A stretch of 64,000 nucleotides of DNA from Camelus dromedarius (taxonomy: Eukaryota): NCBI RefSeq assembly GCF_036321535.1, contig NC_087436.1, positions 52,764,001 through 52,828,000 of the forward strand, read 5' to 3'. This document shows, in pieces, positions 25,249-38,241 of this stretch; position 1 is the stretch's first letter, and each line of letters begins with the position of its first letter. The notes under the pieces were generated by a model, which was given only the letters and a program-made list of their open reading frames with translations, did no database searches and was not told where the DNA came from. Position numbers and translations under genes: made by a program.

Positions 25249-26130
25249 TTTTTAATTATTTTTTTAAAAATAAAACAGTTGGAGTCACTCAGACAAGTAT
25301 ACACCCCTCATGAACTATAAACTCTGGAGAAGCATTTAATTTCTTGAGCCCTATTTGTAAAATAGGGAAAATAGCAGCTATCCAGCCGAAAGTCAAGATA
25401 GTAAATAAATAAGAAAAGATTGTTAAAGAACAAAATTACTTCATATGCTTTATATATATACATACATATATATATGAAAATGTGAATTCATAAGCAAAAG
25501 AAAAAATAATGCTTTAACAATAACAGTTGAAGTTTTTCAGTCTAGTTTTGCAGAAAATTAGACAGTTTTTCTGCATGTATATGGATGTGAGAAGTTTTCT
25601 AGACAAGTCATTGCTGTTTAGAGGAAAATTAAGGGTAAAGTTGGCACCAATTGAACAGCTCTGTGTCAGGTTAACTTGATACACAAAGGCTTGGGGATGC
25701 TTAACTTCATATATCAAACTTTTAAACAAATGAAACTTTTGAACAACAGCACCCAAGTCACCTTTCGTGTGCCAAATTCAGACTGTTGTGTAACAGTCAA
25801 TGAGCAATTTTAAGCTTTCGCCCGGGGAAGCTGCCTGCCTCCAGTGGTTCCATTCTGTAGTGCCATTTCTTTGTATGTGCAGCAATGTTTATTTGGACAA
25901 ATATTTGTATATTTATCGTGTGTTTCACTCATGATTATACATAAGTTAGTGGACAAAAAGAGCATAGTTGTCAAAACATGTTTGTTTGTTTTTTACAAAA
26001 TCCCATTCATTCTTGCTCTGGCCAAAGGGAGAGGTTTAATCCAAGGGCAAAATTATCCACAGCAACCAAGATCAGGACTTTGGCCTGGCCTCAGCAGGAA
26101 CTGAAATGAGGGAACGTCTCAGGGTTCCAG

Positions 26131-27380
26131 TCATTCATTCACTCATTTGTTAAACCAATATTTATTGACCACTGTGACAGGCACTGAGAAACTGCAGCAG
26201 CCTGTCAAGGTCTCTGTCCTCGTGAAGCTTACATTCTGTGAGAAAGGCAGACAATGAGAAGAAAGAAAATTCAAGCCATTGCGATTTAGGCTGTGAAAGA
26301 AATACCCTGAGTGATGAAGTAGAAAATACCTGGGGAGTGACCTGGTAGATTGAATGTTCAGAGAAGGCAGCTCTGAGAAGGAGAGGTTAGTGCTGAGATG
26401 GGAAGGACGGGACGAGAATGAGTCAAAGGTGTGAGAGCTTGGGAGAAGCCTTTTCACTCCAGTAGAGGGAATAAAATGCAAATGACCGGAGGAAGGCAAG
26501 AGCCCAGCTCGTCCCAAGCATGGAAAGGCCAGAGAGCAAGGGGGAGAAGGGATGAGACGAGGCTAGGGAGGTAGGTGAGACCCGGACCATGCAAGGACTG
26601 ATGAAACGGAGTGAAAAGCTTGGGTTTTAGTCTAGGTACAGTGGGAAGCCACTAAGAAGTTTAAGTGGGAGAGTGGCATGGCTTCAGACAGATGAAGATA
26701 ATTTTTGCTGTAGGGTGGGAATGTACCTTAGCAGAACAAGAATAGAGGTAGGGAGCCCATTTAGGCTTTAGTGGTAGTCTGGGTGAGGTATGATGATAGT
26801 ATGTTAGTGGGGATTGAAAGAAGTGATCAGACTTGTGTTATATTTTGGAGGAAGGACCAACAGGACTTGGTAATGGGTTGAACAGGAGTGGTTAGGGAAA
26901 GGGAGACTTGATAATGACTCTGAGGTTTGGTGCTGAAATGGCTGAGTGGTGAGTGGTGCCATTTTGTGAGATGGGGAAGAGAAGGAGAGGAGCAGTTGGA
27001 GGCAGAAGGACTGAGAGCAATGATTTGGAATTAGCGACAACCAGGTGAACATAACAGGAAAGAAGTCTGGATGATGGCAGAGGGCTAGTCTGGAAAACAA
27101 ATTTGAGAATCTTTAGAATATAGATGGTATCTAAAGAAATGTGTAAGATCACCTAGGGGAACAATTCAGAGAGGAAAGAGACTCCAGAACTGAGGAAGTC
27201 TGATGTCAGAAGTCAGAAAGGAAGAGGGGTCAGCAAAGAAAACTGAGAGAGAGTAGTCAGGGAAGTAGGAGGAAGTGGGGGTGGTGTATGTGGCAGCTGT
27301 AAAAGATGAAGGGAGATGAAGAAAGAGATGCTGCCTTGGATTTAGCTAAATGTAGGTCAACGCAGTCTTAATACAAGCAT
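26131..27380 (-). mobile_element. L2 3' portion
   Basis: Antisense tail tcattcattcactcatttg...tatttattga followed by a purine-rich L2 body (ataatgactctgaggtttggtgctgaaatggctgagtgg). Confidence 0.85.
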
Positions 27381-27449
27381 GTTTTTCCTCTCCCTTCCTC
27401 CCTAAGTCTCTATTTCTGATTTTTTTCCTTCGTGTGTCTGCTTAATTCT

Positions 27450-27690
27450 TACTAATACTTCCATAGTGTTTACTGTACTCTGGGCAGTATTCTAAGTGTT
27501 CCTGATCATAAATTCATTCAGTCCTCAGGACAGCCCTATGAGATAGCTTTGTTTCATAGATGGGAAAATGAGGCTTAGAAATGTTATGTAACTCGCCCAG
27601 GTTCACTCCGCCAACTTGTGATAGAGCTGGGATTATGAACACAGGTCATCTGGTTCCAGAGCCTGTGTTCTTAACCCTTACACTGTAATG
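27450..27690 (-). mobile_element. MIR SINE
   Basis: tttcatagatgggaaaatgaggcttagaaatgttatgtaactcgcccaggttcac. Confidence 0.85.
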
Positions 27691-27699
27691 CAACTGAAA

Positions 27700-28260
27700 C
27701 TAAGCTTTCTGGCTGCTCTAATTAGACTTCTGCTGGTTGGAAGGAAGAAAGGATTACCCAAGCAAGCTCCTGTTCAGGAGGGGAGATTTTATGCAGAGAG
27801 GAGTCTTGGAGCAAACTAAGAACAAACGCAAAGAACAGCCAAGCCTCCTGGGATCTAGGACTGGGAAATCGTAAGGAGTCGAGGCTCCTCTATTCTGGGG
27901 AGACCACTGTGACCTCCCTGCACACCTGCTTCAGGTCCTTCTTCTAGTAGTCAGGCTTTGCATGCAGTTTATTATGGCCAGGGTGACCACGCCATGCACA
28001 GATTTACCTGCTTTGCTGAACACCAGCTTCCTTTTATTCACTCGTGTTCCCAAGATTAAGAATCGACTGGCTAGCTCATCTTCTTGAGCCAGGCCACACC
28101 TGTAGTAGGTCCCTGGTCAGCCTACACGAAGGTCTTTCCAGGACAAAGTGCCCATTCCTCCTCCCATTAGACTTGACCTTTGGGACAGTAGCCTATGCCA
28201 TAGAACGTGACCATAAACTGCAGTTTAGTCAGGGTAAATTTTCCCAGAAAACTGTGCATG
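27700..28260 (-). mobile_element. Old MLT1-type LTR fragment
   Basis: ttagacttctgctggttggaaggaagaaag start; gaatcgactggctagctcatc...agccaggccacac. Confidence 0.4.
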
Positions 28261-29204
28261 CAAGTGAATGCCCTGAAATATAGTTAGTACTTAAATGAAT
28301 TAATATTTGCTTCTTTAATAGTTATGTTGCAGATTATAAGAGTTGGCTTAACTTTTCTGGGGATTGATTTTTATCCTGCAGATGATCATTTTTCCCGACT
28401 AATTTTGATTGGGAAGCATCTGCTCAACTATAGGACTCCACTTATAACTGAAATATATCCATTGCCATCTCCTTCCTTCAGACAATTTTGTCATCTTCCC
28501 AAACCTCTAAATACTAGCCTCAAAACATGCAGCTTACTTAAAGAAATGAAATCCATTAGACCTGCCATCTTCCATGCAGACACACTCAGCAGCCTTGCAA
28601 ATGTGTGGCAGACAGGAGGCTTCCCTTAAGCCTTGGTTATTGTTACTTTAATGGAAAAGCCCTTTGAAATGGATCAAAATATGATTTGTCAGCGGAAGGA
28701 TGATAAAACCTCTAAACCGGAAAAATATCTAAAGGCAAGGCCTGAAATTGACTTCTTCACATGTAACGTTTGTGTTTTATTTTCACTTAGGGCAAGAAGC
28801 TGATGGAGATTACTTGTCAGATCTTGTGGGCTCTCATCAGCTCCTTCCCTTCCAGACCTGAGCAGCAGCATCTGAGAAGGCAGATGCTCCCCTCAACAAG
28901 GGATGCCAGCGCCCCGTGAACCTGTCGGTCGGGCCAGGTGTTGTCCTGGTGCACGGCCTTCTGCACTGGACCACACAGGAGGAAAGTAGTTGGAGGCTGC
29001 GACTCACCTCCAGTCTTCCTCTGGACCCTTCTACACGTCAGACACCGCCTACCACTGTTCCTATTTTATGGGCAAAGCAAAGTTCAACTGACTATACAGC
29101 CTGCTTGATTAAGTACGTAATGAGAATAACCGTAGTGCTTGACACCCGTGTGGTGTTTTATAGAACATTTTTACAGGCGTGGTTATTATTATTATCATTA
29201 CAGT

Positions 29205-29445
29205 GGGCACCATTTTATTCAGCAGTTGCTCTATGCCAGATAGCATGTTAAGTTTTTTATACATAGAATTTTACTTATGGATTTGGTATCCACAATGAGC
29301 TATAAGATACATGGATGAATATTATTATCCCATTTCTTTAGTGTGGAAATTCAGGTTCAGAGAGGTTTTACGAATGGCCCAAAGTCATAAAATCAGCACA
29401 TAACAAATTATAACTAGAATCTATCTCTTTCAATTCCTTGCCATT
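29205..29445 (-). mobile_element. MIR SINE
   Basis: attattatcccatttc...ggaaattcaggttcagagaggttttacgaatggcccaaagtcata. Confidence 0.75.
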
Positions 29446-29675
29446 TAGTCATTTGTTTAAAACTTCATTTATAACATTGATTGAGCTCCTACAGTGTTCT
29501 CAAACAGTGTTCTAGGAGCCAAAGACACAGAGATGAACGCTATGGACCTGGTTGTGTTTAGGAACTACAGCCTGGTTCATTAGTTTCCTTAAGAAATCAT
29601 TAGAGTGCTTAATGAATATCAGGCCCCCTAGCAACAGCAACGAACAAGGCAGTCCTTCCCTGCTAAAGGCTACGG

Positions 29676-29838
29676 AAGTGATCCTTGAAATCTTACTGTG
29701 CATAAAAATACCTAGGGAGCCTGGTTAAAATGCAGATTACTGGGTCCAGCCCCCAAAGCCAAGAAAGCGTATTTTAAACCAGCATCCCAGATGATCCCCA
29801 GACAGGATCTGCAGGCCACACATAGTGAAACCCACCTC
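29676..29838. mobile_element. MER5-family hAT MITE
   Basis: tgtgcataaaaatacctagggagcctggttaaaatgcagattactgggtccagcccc. Confidence 0.75.
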
Positions 29839-30806
29839 TGGTGAATGAGACAAAGAAAGAGGCCATCTGAGGAAAGCGGGAAAGACGCGACAGTGGGATT
29901 AAGTGCCAGAAGGCTGGATGCTGGCTAGCACAGAGCAGCACTCCTGGGCCAGCTGGGGAGAAGGTAAGATGGACTGAGGGCTGAGGGACCAGGAGGGGCC
30001 ATCCAGTCCAGGGTGGGATGAGGCTGCAGCTCAAACCCAGACTGTCAGTTCAAGCTCTGATCCCATTTACTGTCAGAATGAGTTGAACGGAGCCGTCATT
30101 TTTCCTTTTTTGGAGACTGACTCACATAGAAGAGGGATTTTGGAATTTAGGCTCAACTAAGTTCATGTAGCAGCTCTCCCATAAACTTCTCCCATAAAAC
30201 TGACAGGAGACTATTTAAATTCTCTGATCCTTAGTTTTGTCATCTGTTAAATGGACATAATGTTGTTTTTCAGAAGATTGTTATAAGAATTGGAAATAAA
30301 ACAGACACAATGAATGCTAGCTATTATTCGTAGTATTCCCTTATAAATTGCACTATTCCCCCCACCAAAAAAGCTTTATAAAACAGTTTTAATATTTCCC
30401 CCATTTTGGCTTATAACAGACAATGTAATAAGGATAAGATTGGACTTGTCATTCAAAACCATAGGAAGACCCCACAAAAGACTAGAGTAATTTTTCTGTT
30501 TGGTAGCCAGATGTTTCCACATCCATAGAATGTGACAGCACAAGTTAGGAATCTCACTGCCAAGAATTTACAGCATACAGCATGGATGTGCATCATGACT
30601 GGTGAACAAGAATAGTCACCAAAGAGTTAAACATATTATGATCTGTCCATGGAGAATGAAGGCAAATACTGAATAGCTGTTAAAATGGTAGGTAGATTTA
30701 TAGTTCTAACATGGAAAAATATTGAGGACATATTAAATTTTAAAAATGTTTCAGAAGACTAGTTAAAATTTAATCCTGTTTGTGTGAAGAAAAAAAAGTT
30801 AGACCT

Positions 30807-31372
30807 ATTGAGCAGAAACAGCTAACTTCTCACTAAAATGCTTATTCCCTCCTTCTTCCTGGCACACAAGAAAACTACATTCTCCAGCCAATGGTACTGA
30901 ACTCTGCGACAGAAGCAGTTCAAAAGACTTTAAACGTATTATACAGTTTAGTTAACACAACAGCGCAAGGACTAAATACTCTTCTTGTCTGCATTTTATA
31001 CATAAGGAACCTGAGGCTCAGAAATGTTAATTAAGTTTCCCAAGGTCACACAGGAAGTAAATGATGTGGTGAGGTCATAGAGTTCTAGCCAATGAAATGT
31101 GAATGGAGGTGTGGTGCTCTCCTCCCAGGCTAAGCCCGTAAAAACCCTCTCCCATGCTCTCCTCCATCACTGCATCCAGCTGACCAGGATAAAGACCACT
31201 GTTCTGCAGATGGAATACATCTCTTAAAGGTGGTAGAGCTCTATCTTCCTGAGTGCCTGAGTGACTGTTCATAGCCCAATCATGTTACACATGTAAGAAA
31301 TAAATTTCTATAGTCTGGAGCTATTAGATACTGGGGGTCTCTGTGCTACAAGTGTTGACCTACCTTAACATG
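30807..31372 (+). mobile_element. MLT1J-like MaLR LTR interrupted by a MIR piece
   Basis: ctacattctccagcc [insert] gagttctagccaatgaaatgtg...aagaaataaatttctatagtctggagctattagatactggggg. Confidence 0.7.
30891..31064 (-). mobile_element. 5'-truncated MIR nested in the MLT1 LTR
   Basis: cattttatacataaggaacctgaggctcagaaatgttaattaagtttcccaaggtcacacag. Confidence 0.8.
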
Positions 31373-31406
31373 TCTGTCTATATATTACCATGGGCTAAAT
31401 GTAAAC

Positions 31407-31774
31407 TGCTATGGAGTAAACGTTTGTATCCCCTCAAAACTTATATGGTGAAATCTTAACCCCCATATGATGGTATTAGGAGGTGGGACCTTTGGAGGCT
31501 GATTGGGTCATGAGGCTGGAGCCCTCATGAAGGAGATTAGTGTCCTTATAAGAAAGGAAACTAGAGCTGGCTCCCTCTCTGCTCTCTACTTGGTGGGGAT
31601 ACAATGAGAAGACGGTCAACTGCAAACCAGGAAGCAGGCCCTCACCAGACACTGAATCTGCTGGTGCCTTGATCTTGGACTTCCCAGCCTCCAGGACTAT
31701 GAGAAATAAATGTCTGTCATTTCAGTCACCCAGTCTGCAGTAATTTGTCACAGCAGTCTGAACAGACTAAGATA
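31407..31774 (+). mobile_element. MLT1A-type MaLR solo LTR
   Basis: tgctatggagtaaacgtttgtatcccc...cagactaagata with a perfect TSD TAAAC (31402-31406, 31775-31779). Confidence 0.92.
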
Positions 31775-31881
31775 TAAACTAAATGTTTTTTTTTTTTTTT
31801 GGTCAGTATTGTTCATTGCCGTAATTCTAAGACCAAGAATAGTGCCTGGTAATTGGAAGGCATTCAGTAAATACCTGTTGA

Positions 31882-31931
31882 ATATATATATGTATATACA
31901 TATATATGTATATATATATATATATATATAT
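31882..31931. repeat. (TA)n microsatellite following an L2 3' end
   Basis: Read directly. Confidence 0.9.
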
Positions 31932-32689
31932 GTTACTTTTGGAGAACAGAACTCTGGGCAGTAGAAGAGTAGGGGATGGGGAGATAGAGGACAGGAGACC
32001 TCTTTTCTCTCCACACACTTCTACAGAGTTTAGTTCTACAAACCAACATGTATTAATTTTATTATTAAAAAAATTTAAAGAACAGGTTAAGGATGATAGT
32101 GTGTGCCCCAATCTTAATAAACTACATCACAGAGGGCCAAGGCCCCACTTTTGAGAGACAGAATATGCTGCTGGCTGGATGACTGGTCTGACTCACTTAG
32201 CAGTTGTTGGGCTCTGGAGGAAACACTATTGAGATGATCACTTTTTCCCAAATTCCATTTAGGTGGCAGAGCTAACAGAAGTGTCTGTCACTCCAACTCT
32301 GCCCCTGAGTAGACAGATTGGAGTTAATCACCTTCAGTGAATGTTTCAGTGCAAATCTTGGTATCTCTCCCACAACTCCACGGGAAGCCATGATCTAAAA
32401 GTGAAACCTGAAGGTGCCTATTACGTGAAGCTTAGCATCAAAGGAAAGGTCACCAAGACGACTGACATTTTATTTGTTCGTGTTTCTGTGGTCATATCTA
32501 CTGAACATCAAGATAACTATTTGAAAACTGAAAAATCCCATGTGTTTTTCTGCCTGGTGCCAAGTATCCTATTAGATTTATGTATTTTTTCTGAATTGAT
32601 AAGTATTTTGGTAATGTACAGACCCAACTAACAGTAATATTTGCTCCATGGAACTAAGAAATGGATTTATTTTCATAACTATTGCATTT

Positions 32690-32910
32690 AAACAAGTGCT
32701 GGACTATGAACCAGAAGATTAACTACCCACCACTTACAAACTGTGTGACCTTCGAATAGGAGTCTCCTGAAATCCCTGCTTATCCTGAAGGGAAGCCTTA
32801 AATCTCCTCTTAGTCTTCTTTGCATCTGTAAAGATGTTGTGACAGTAATTAAATAATAAGAAAAATCTTTGAAAAACTTTAAAATGCTATGAAAATATAT
32901 TATTAAGAAT
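32690..32910 (+). mobile_element. MIR SINE
   Basis: caccacttacaaactgtgtgacctt...ttgcatctgtaaagatg. Confidence 0.6.
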
Positions 32911-33070
32911 CCTCAGCTTGATTGAAAATTAAAAACACCATGTGTTACTCCTTTTGTTTTATAATAATAGTATCCTAAACTAGACTTCAAGCTCTGTAAA
33001 GAAGGGCAGTACTTCCCTGGCTCACTGTTTGTATCCCCAAAGCCCAGCACAGTGTCTGGCATATGCAGGC

Positions 33071-33620
33071 TGTATCTGTCATGGGTCAACCAGAGAAGCA
33101 GAACCTCGATAAGTGATGTAAAATAAAAGAGCTCATTGTCTGCAGTGGATGTGGGACCTGAAGCTGTGATAGGTAAGCTGGAGCAGTAGTTGAGAAGGAC
33201 AACTGGATATAAAGTAGGGGAGAGCAAGGATAAACCAGAGCCCACATCTGGCTGTCAGCACCTCCAGCCTCCATGATGCAGGTGATCTGCAGGAGAAGCT
33301 AATGCCATTGACACAGAGCAGTGTATGCGCCCACCCAGGGAGCAGAGACCCTGCAGCAGATGATCCAGCAAGAGCTGGAGAGGCTGCAGACCCAGGTGCC
33401 ACCCACCTGGCCCCTAAGGTAAGCCAGCAGATCGGTGACAGCATTCACAGGCTGCCGCAGCGCCTGGCACCCTGCACCAAGTTTTAGAGCATAAAGAAAT
33501 GGCTCTGCTTTTCTGTCTTCAAAATACCATGCAAATTTCTCTTGTGGACAACTCTTTCCCTGAAACATACATGCAAGATAATTCTGGAAAACTAAATTCT
33601 AAAGTGTCATTTTGGTAAAG
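33071..33620 (-). mobile_element. MLT2-family ERVL LTR
   Basis: Starts tgtatctgtcatgggtcaaccagagaagcagaacc (antisense MLT2 3' end). Confidence 0.7.
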
Positions 33621-36600
33621 CTGACATAGTACAAAGCCACCATGTAGGCACTTAATAACTTTTTCTTAAATAAATTAATATATTTCAGTGTACAAGCATA
33701 GCTATTGTAAAATGAAAAATGCTTAAATATAAGCTTCATATGGACATTTGGGGCAGAAGCTCGACACAATGGTATGGTTGTAACCAACACTAGAGGTTCT
33801 GCACCTGAGACCAGGAGCCTATCTCCTGTTGTCCTGCTGGTTGGCATCTTCCGGACTGAAGAGAAGAGCCATTGGGGAGGAATCAGTCTGCGTGGCAGTT
33901 GGCAAAGGTGGTCAGATGGACACAGAATGGAGACGTTGGAAGATTTGGTAAGTTTCAAAATACTCTCAAAACCAGAAATAGAGGGCAAAGAGGGTTTCTG
34001 TTGACCCTCTCATCAGAGAGTCAGGATTTATAGACCTGGTGTGAAGAACTCTATCGCGTCCCAAGCCTCATGAGCTCCCCCACGTTGTTCTTGTTTGTTT
34101 CTTCCTATTTTTCTGTACAGATCAGCAGTAAATTCCTCAAAATGAAAAACAATGCAATTGGCTTTCTTTGAAGAAGGAAAAGTGAGTTGAGGACAGTCAA
34201 TCAACCAACTAATTCATCTCTCATCCAAGTTAGTATTTCTTCTTATTCCTTATCATCACATTTTATTTTTAGATGTACATACAATTCATGGAAATTTTCT
34301 TATTCTTTCATGTCTTAACATGACTTTTCATTCTATGATGTCAATCAGGAAAGACAATTAGTAGGAAACACAAAATAAATGTACTTCCTTACCCCATCAA
34401 AGTGGGTCACCATCATAAATTAAATTCTGTACCTGCTTTAAACATTCATATCTTTATCACAATTAAGTGATTTTGATTTTAAAAATTTACTTTTAACCTA
34501 CTATATACATAGAAATGGTATCAGAGTAGAAAGCTAAATATGCAGTTTGTTAAACAAACATTGAGCCCTCATGATGTGCAGGCATGTGCTGGATGTTGTT
34601 ACGTCATTTCATCCTCACAGCAGTCCTTCGTCCAAGAACACTTCAGTGGGCAAATGAGAATTTGTGCTATTTCTGTTTGATTCTAAAATGCACATTTCTT
34701 CCACTAAATCACATTGCTTTGGTGAAAAAATATTTTATAAATATTCAAGCACGTTATGTTACATTTATCTACATAATACACTGTTTTGTTAAGATTCAGT
34801 ATCCATGACTCTATTACATGTGAGAACCAACACAGTTTTTACAAGCAAGATTTTTGAATTGCTTCTTCCCAAATTCCCTACAAGGCTGTATGTAGGGTAT
34901 GTGTATAAACCTTCATTGGTGAACAATTATTCTTCTAATGTCTTTAGAGAAAATAGACTTCTATCCTTGTGTATGTGAGCTGCTTTATAAGAAAAAAATT
35001 TTGAAAGATACCAAGGATCTCTCTCAAGACCTGTTGTAAGTCTGTGAAAATGACATTTTCCTCCCCTGTAATTGCTACTTCATGTCTGCAGCAAGACATT
35101 CTGGGCAACGGGGTTTCAACACTACTCTGCCTTTTGCTTTGTCCCTGACGGCATCCAGTTCGCAGTAATCCCTTCGAAACATGCAGCCTGTGGAGTCTAA
35201 TTCTCTAGTTAAGCTATTCCCAGGAGGACCTCAGGCACCCCTCCCCCTCCAGCAGGGCTCCCATATGCTCATTACCTTCCTCCAGCCTGCCACTTCCCAG
35301 CTCCACCACAGCCTCAGAAACACCACAAAGCCTATCTTAGAGAAAAATAAATTATTGAAAAGGCATTTGATTTTGGAATCCTATTTAAAAATCAGAATTG
35401 CCCTTGAAACCTAAAATACACTTTGTACACAAGCTGATCTTTTGGATGAACCTAATACAATGTATATAATATTCAGGGTAGCCGTATGCTGGTAACTAAA
35501 GCAGCTTCAGGTATCACTGAGATATATGGAAGTTTCTTTTGTTCAGAAAGACAGTTATCACATGCCGAGGAGTCTATGAGTAAAGGCATTCTTAACCTCA
35601 AACTTAGACACACAGTGACATAAGCAATCCCCAGCATACAAAAAGGGTTGGACTCCAGATTAGTAAGTCAAACTCTAATGGGTTTTTCTACTAAAAACCA
35701 TGATCAATGTCAGTCTTTTCCTCAGGCCAGCCCACAGACTTGATATAAAGTGTAACTAAGAACGCTCTATTTGTTTCTATAGCAAAAGTCATTCAGGGAC
35801 TCAACCAGGACTTGAAAACACATCTCCACCCCACTGCCTCCGCCTTAGCAGGGAGAGCTGTCCTCCAACCCCACTCCCACCGTCCCACAAAACTCTGAGG
35901 CAGGGAGAGTGGGTTCACTGCGTTTCTAAGCTGAGCTCCCCTAGTCTGCATTAAGAACACCAGAGGGTTAAGAGAGAGGGAGCTCAGGTGGGCTGGGCTT
36001 AAAGGTAAGATAACGTGTGCCCAAAGCAAGACATGGAAAGAGAGAGGCAAGACTGAAATGAAAGGAGTGGTCTGATTCTGCAACAGGATAGAATTTATTT
36101 TTACCCTCCTCCCTCCCAGGTCAGTCTTGCCCTCTCTCCTGGTGCCTGATGTGACCAGCTTTAGAATAATGACAAGGAAACAGTGGGGCAAGAAAGGGGT
36201 AGCAGCATCAGGGCAAAGTTTGGGGACCCAGGAAATGCTAGATTAGTCATCTTAAGTGTTCATGTCCAAAGGGGTCTCCCAGGGTGCTTATTAAAAGTGT
36301 GCCCCCAGGTAGGGACCAGTTCATCAGCTCTGGAGCACAAGCAGCCCAGGTGATTTTTGAGCAGACCACGAATAGTATCAACTATTCTAAATGTAGAAAG
36401 GAAAGAAAGAAACTAGGCTTACATAAGTGTCTGTCCCTCGTATTTTGAACAAGCACAACATGAGGCATGTAAATAACACGCTGCTTTACTTTCGTCTCCA
36501 TCTTCCCCTCTGTGACGTGTTCAGGGAGGAAGGCTTTCCTCTGGCTCGGGTCGGGGAGTGTGGTTCACTTTTTTCATTCCCAGGAAGCTTCCCCCACCAC

Positions 36601-36635
36601 ACCCCTACAGGTCTGCAAACCCTGGCGTGGCTTAC

Positions 36636-36788
36636 CCTGCTCCTCAAACTCTGTCTGCGCAACACCTAGAGAGCTTGTTAAAATACGGGTGCTTTAGTAG
36701 GTCCGGGTGGGGCCTGAGTTTTAGCATTTCTAACAAGCTCCCAAGTGAGGCTAATGCTGCTGGTCCTAGGACACACTGAGCAGCAAGG
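36636..36788. mobile_element. MER5A hAT MITE
   Basis: agtaggtccgggtggggcctgagttttagcatttctaacaagctcccaagtgaggctaatgctgctggtcc. Confidence 0.85.
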
Positions 36789-37676
36789 AGTTGGAGGACA
36801 GAGAAAGAAGATGAACGAGGATAAGAAATCTGGCGCTTGGATCGGTAACATCTTGAGCTGGCTTTAGGCCTCCCGGGCCTGGCAGACGGTGCTTGTGAGC
36901 TCTCCAGAGATTTGCATCCCTGGGGGTCTCCAACTTGCAGTTACCTTGACCTGGCTTATATATCTCTCTTCTGGGTTCTCACTTGCTTTTTCTTCACCAA
37001 CCCTTGGGAGTCTCAGACCTACCTCCCTCTTCTTGTTGCCAGGGTCTCCTTGGCCCTCTCTCGGCCTCTCCCTCTCACTCCCTCTCTCAGCCTCTGTCCC
37101 TCTCTGTGTGTCTATGTCCCTTGCTCTCACTCTCACTCTCTGTCTCTCTCTTAGTGTCCATGGTCCATGGAAAACCCTTGCACAATCTCTGCCTTGATAA
37201 ATCTTGAGAGTGCAGGCTGATTGCAAAGCAATAGGCATCCCCCTGCCTGTGCCACCAAAGCAGCTGGTCAGTTCATCTCTCATCTCTAGATTTCCCGGGT
37301 GAGAGACAGACATCTGTCCACTAAAACCCCAGCAGCAGGGGCCACGCTCTGAGCTTTCTAAGTCTTCTACTTAAAGTCTCCCTCTCTGGTCTTGAAATTA
37401 AGAAGCTATAATCCCCATCCAGCCTCCCATTCAGAGGGCAGAAAAGAGATAAGGCTCAGAACACAGCTTTTTCCAAAGATAACCATCTCACTAAATTGTT
37501 ATGTTATTTGGTAACAGATAAATGTCCATGTTATTTTTTTAAGCAAAGAGATAATTAATACAGAATTGAGGATAGTGATTACCTCTGACTGGGTCATAGA
37601 TTTAGCTTCAAGGGTTTTGAAAATGTTCTGGTTCTTATGGGGCAGTTTTGTATACGTGCTTGTTTTATTGTGCATT

Positions 37677-38170
37677 TGAAGGGGTTCAGAGCACACAAGC
37701 CCAAAATACGCTGCTTTGGCTTACTGATTATTTTGAGTTTAAGGCACTTGAAAAACAGCAGATGCAAGAAGGGTGCTCCGACCTTCATTTTCCCTTCCCA
37801 ATGGCAGGAGATGACATTCCCATGTGAAGGATACCCTCCCTAAACCAGGAAGAAAGAAACATTCTTATCAGCCGAGGTGAGGAATCGAAGCCAAGAAACT
37901 GGTACAAACAAACCTTGTTAAAACAACTTACCTTCTTTTAGTCCTCCCATATATTTTAGTTACTTTTCCACACTTGAAACCTTTTGTTCAACCTAGTATA
38001 TAACCACTTAGGCCTAGCCACTTCTTCGGGTCTTTATTTTCCTGTGGGGACCCCATGTCCATGTAAAATTTTTAAAAATAAAATGTGTATGCTTTTCTCC
38101 TTTTAATGTCTTATGTCAGTCCCAGCCAGAAACCCAAAGAAAAGAGAGGAGAAATGTTACCTCCTCTACA
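37677..38170 (+). mobile_element. MER34-family ERV1 solo LTR
   Basis: tgaaggggttcagagcacac...ctcctctaca with TG/CA termini, TATA-like tatataa, AATAAA, and a perfect 4-bp TSD CATT (37673-37676, 38171-38174). Confidence 0.9.
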
Positions 38171-38241
38171 CATTATGATTATATATTTATTCTTATTTAT
38201 TTAGTATTACATGATAAAAAGGAATTTCAAGTATGCAAATA

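Noticed and set aside
24970..25320. 116-aa ORF resembling many database 'hypothetical proteins'
   Set aside because: Antisense translation of an L1 3' region (LRNLHTVFHSGCTNLHSHQ), a common annotation artefact.
33133..33568. Several overlapping ORFs in GC-richer sequence
   Set aside because: All lie within an MLT2 LTR; no recognisable protein.
36864..37313. 149-aa and overlapping ORFs
   Set aside because: They stay open because of a CT/GA-rich low-complexity tract, probably within an old LTR.
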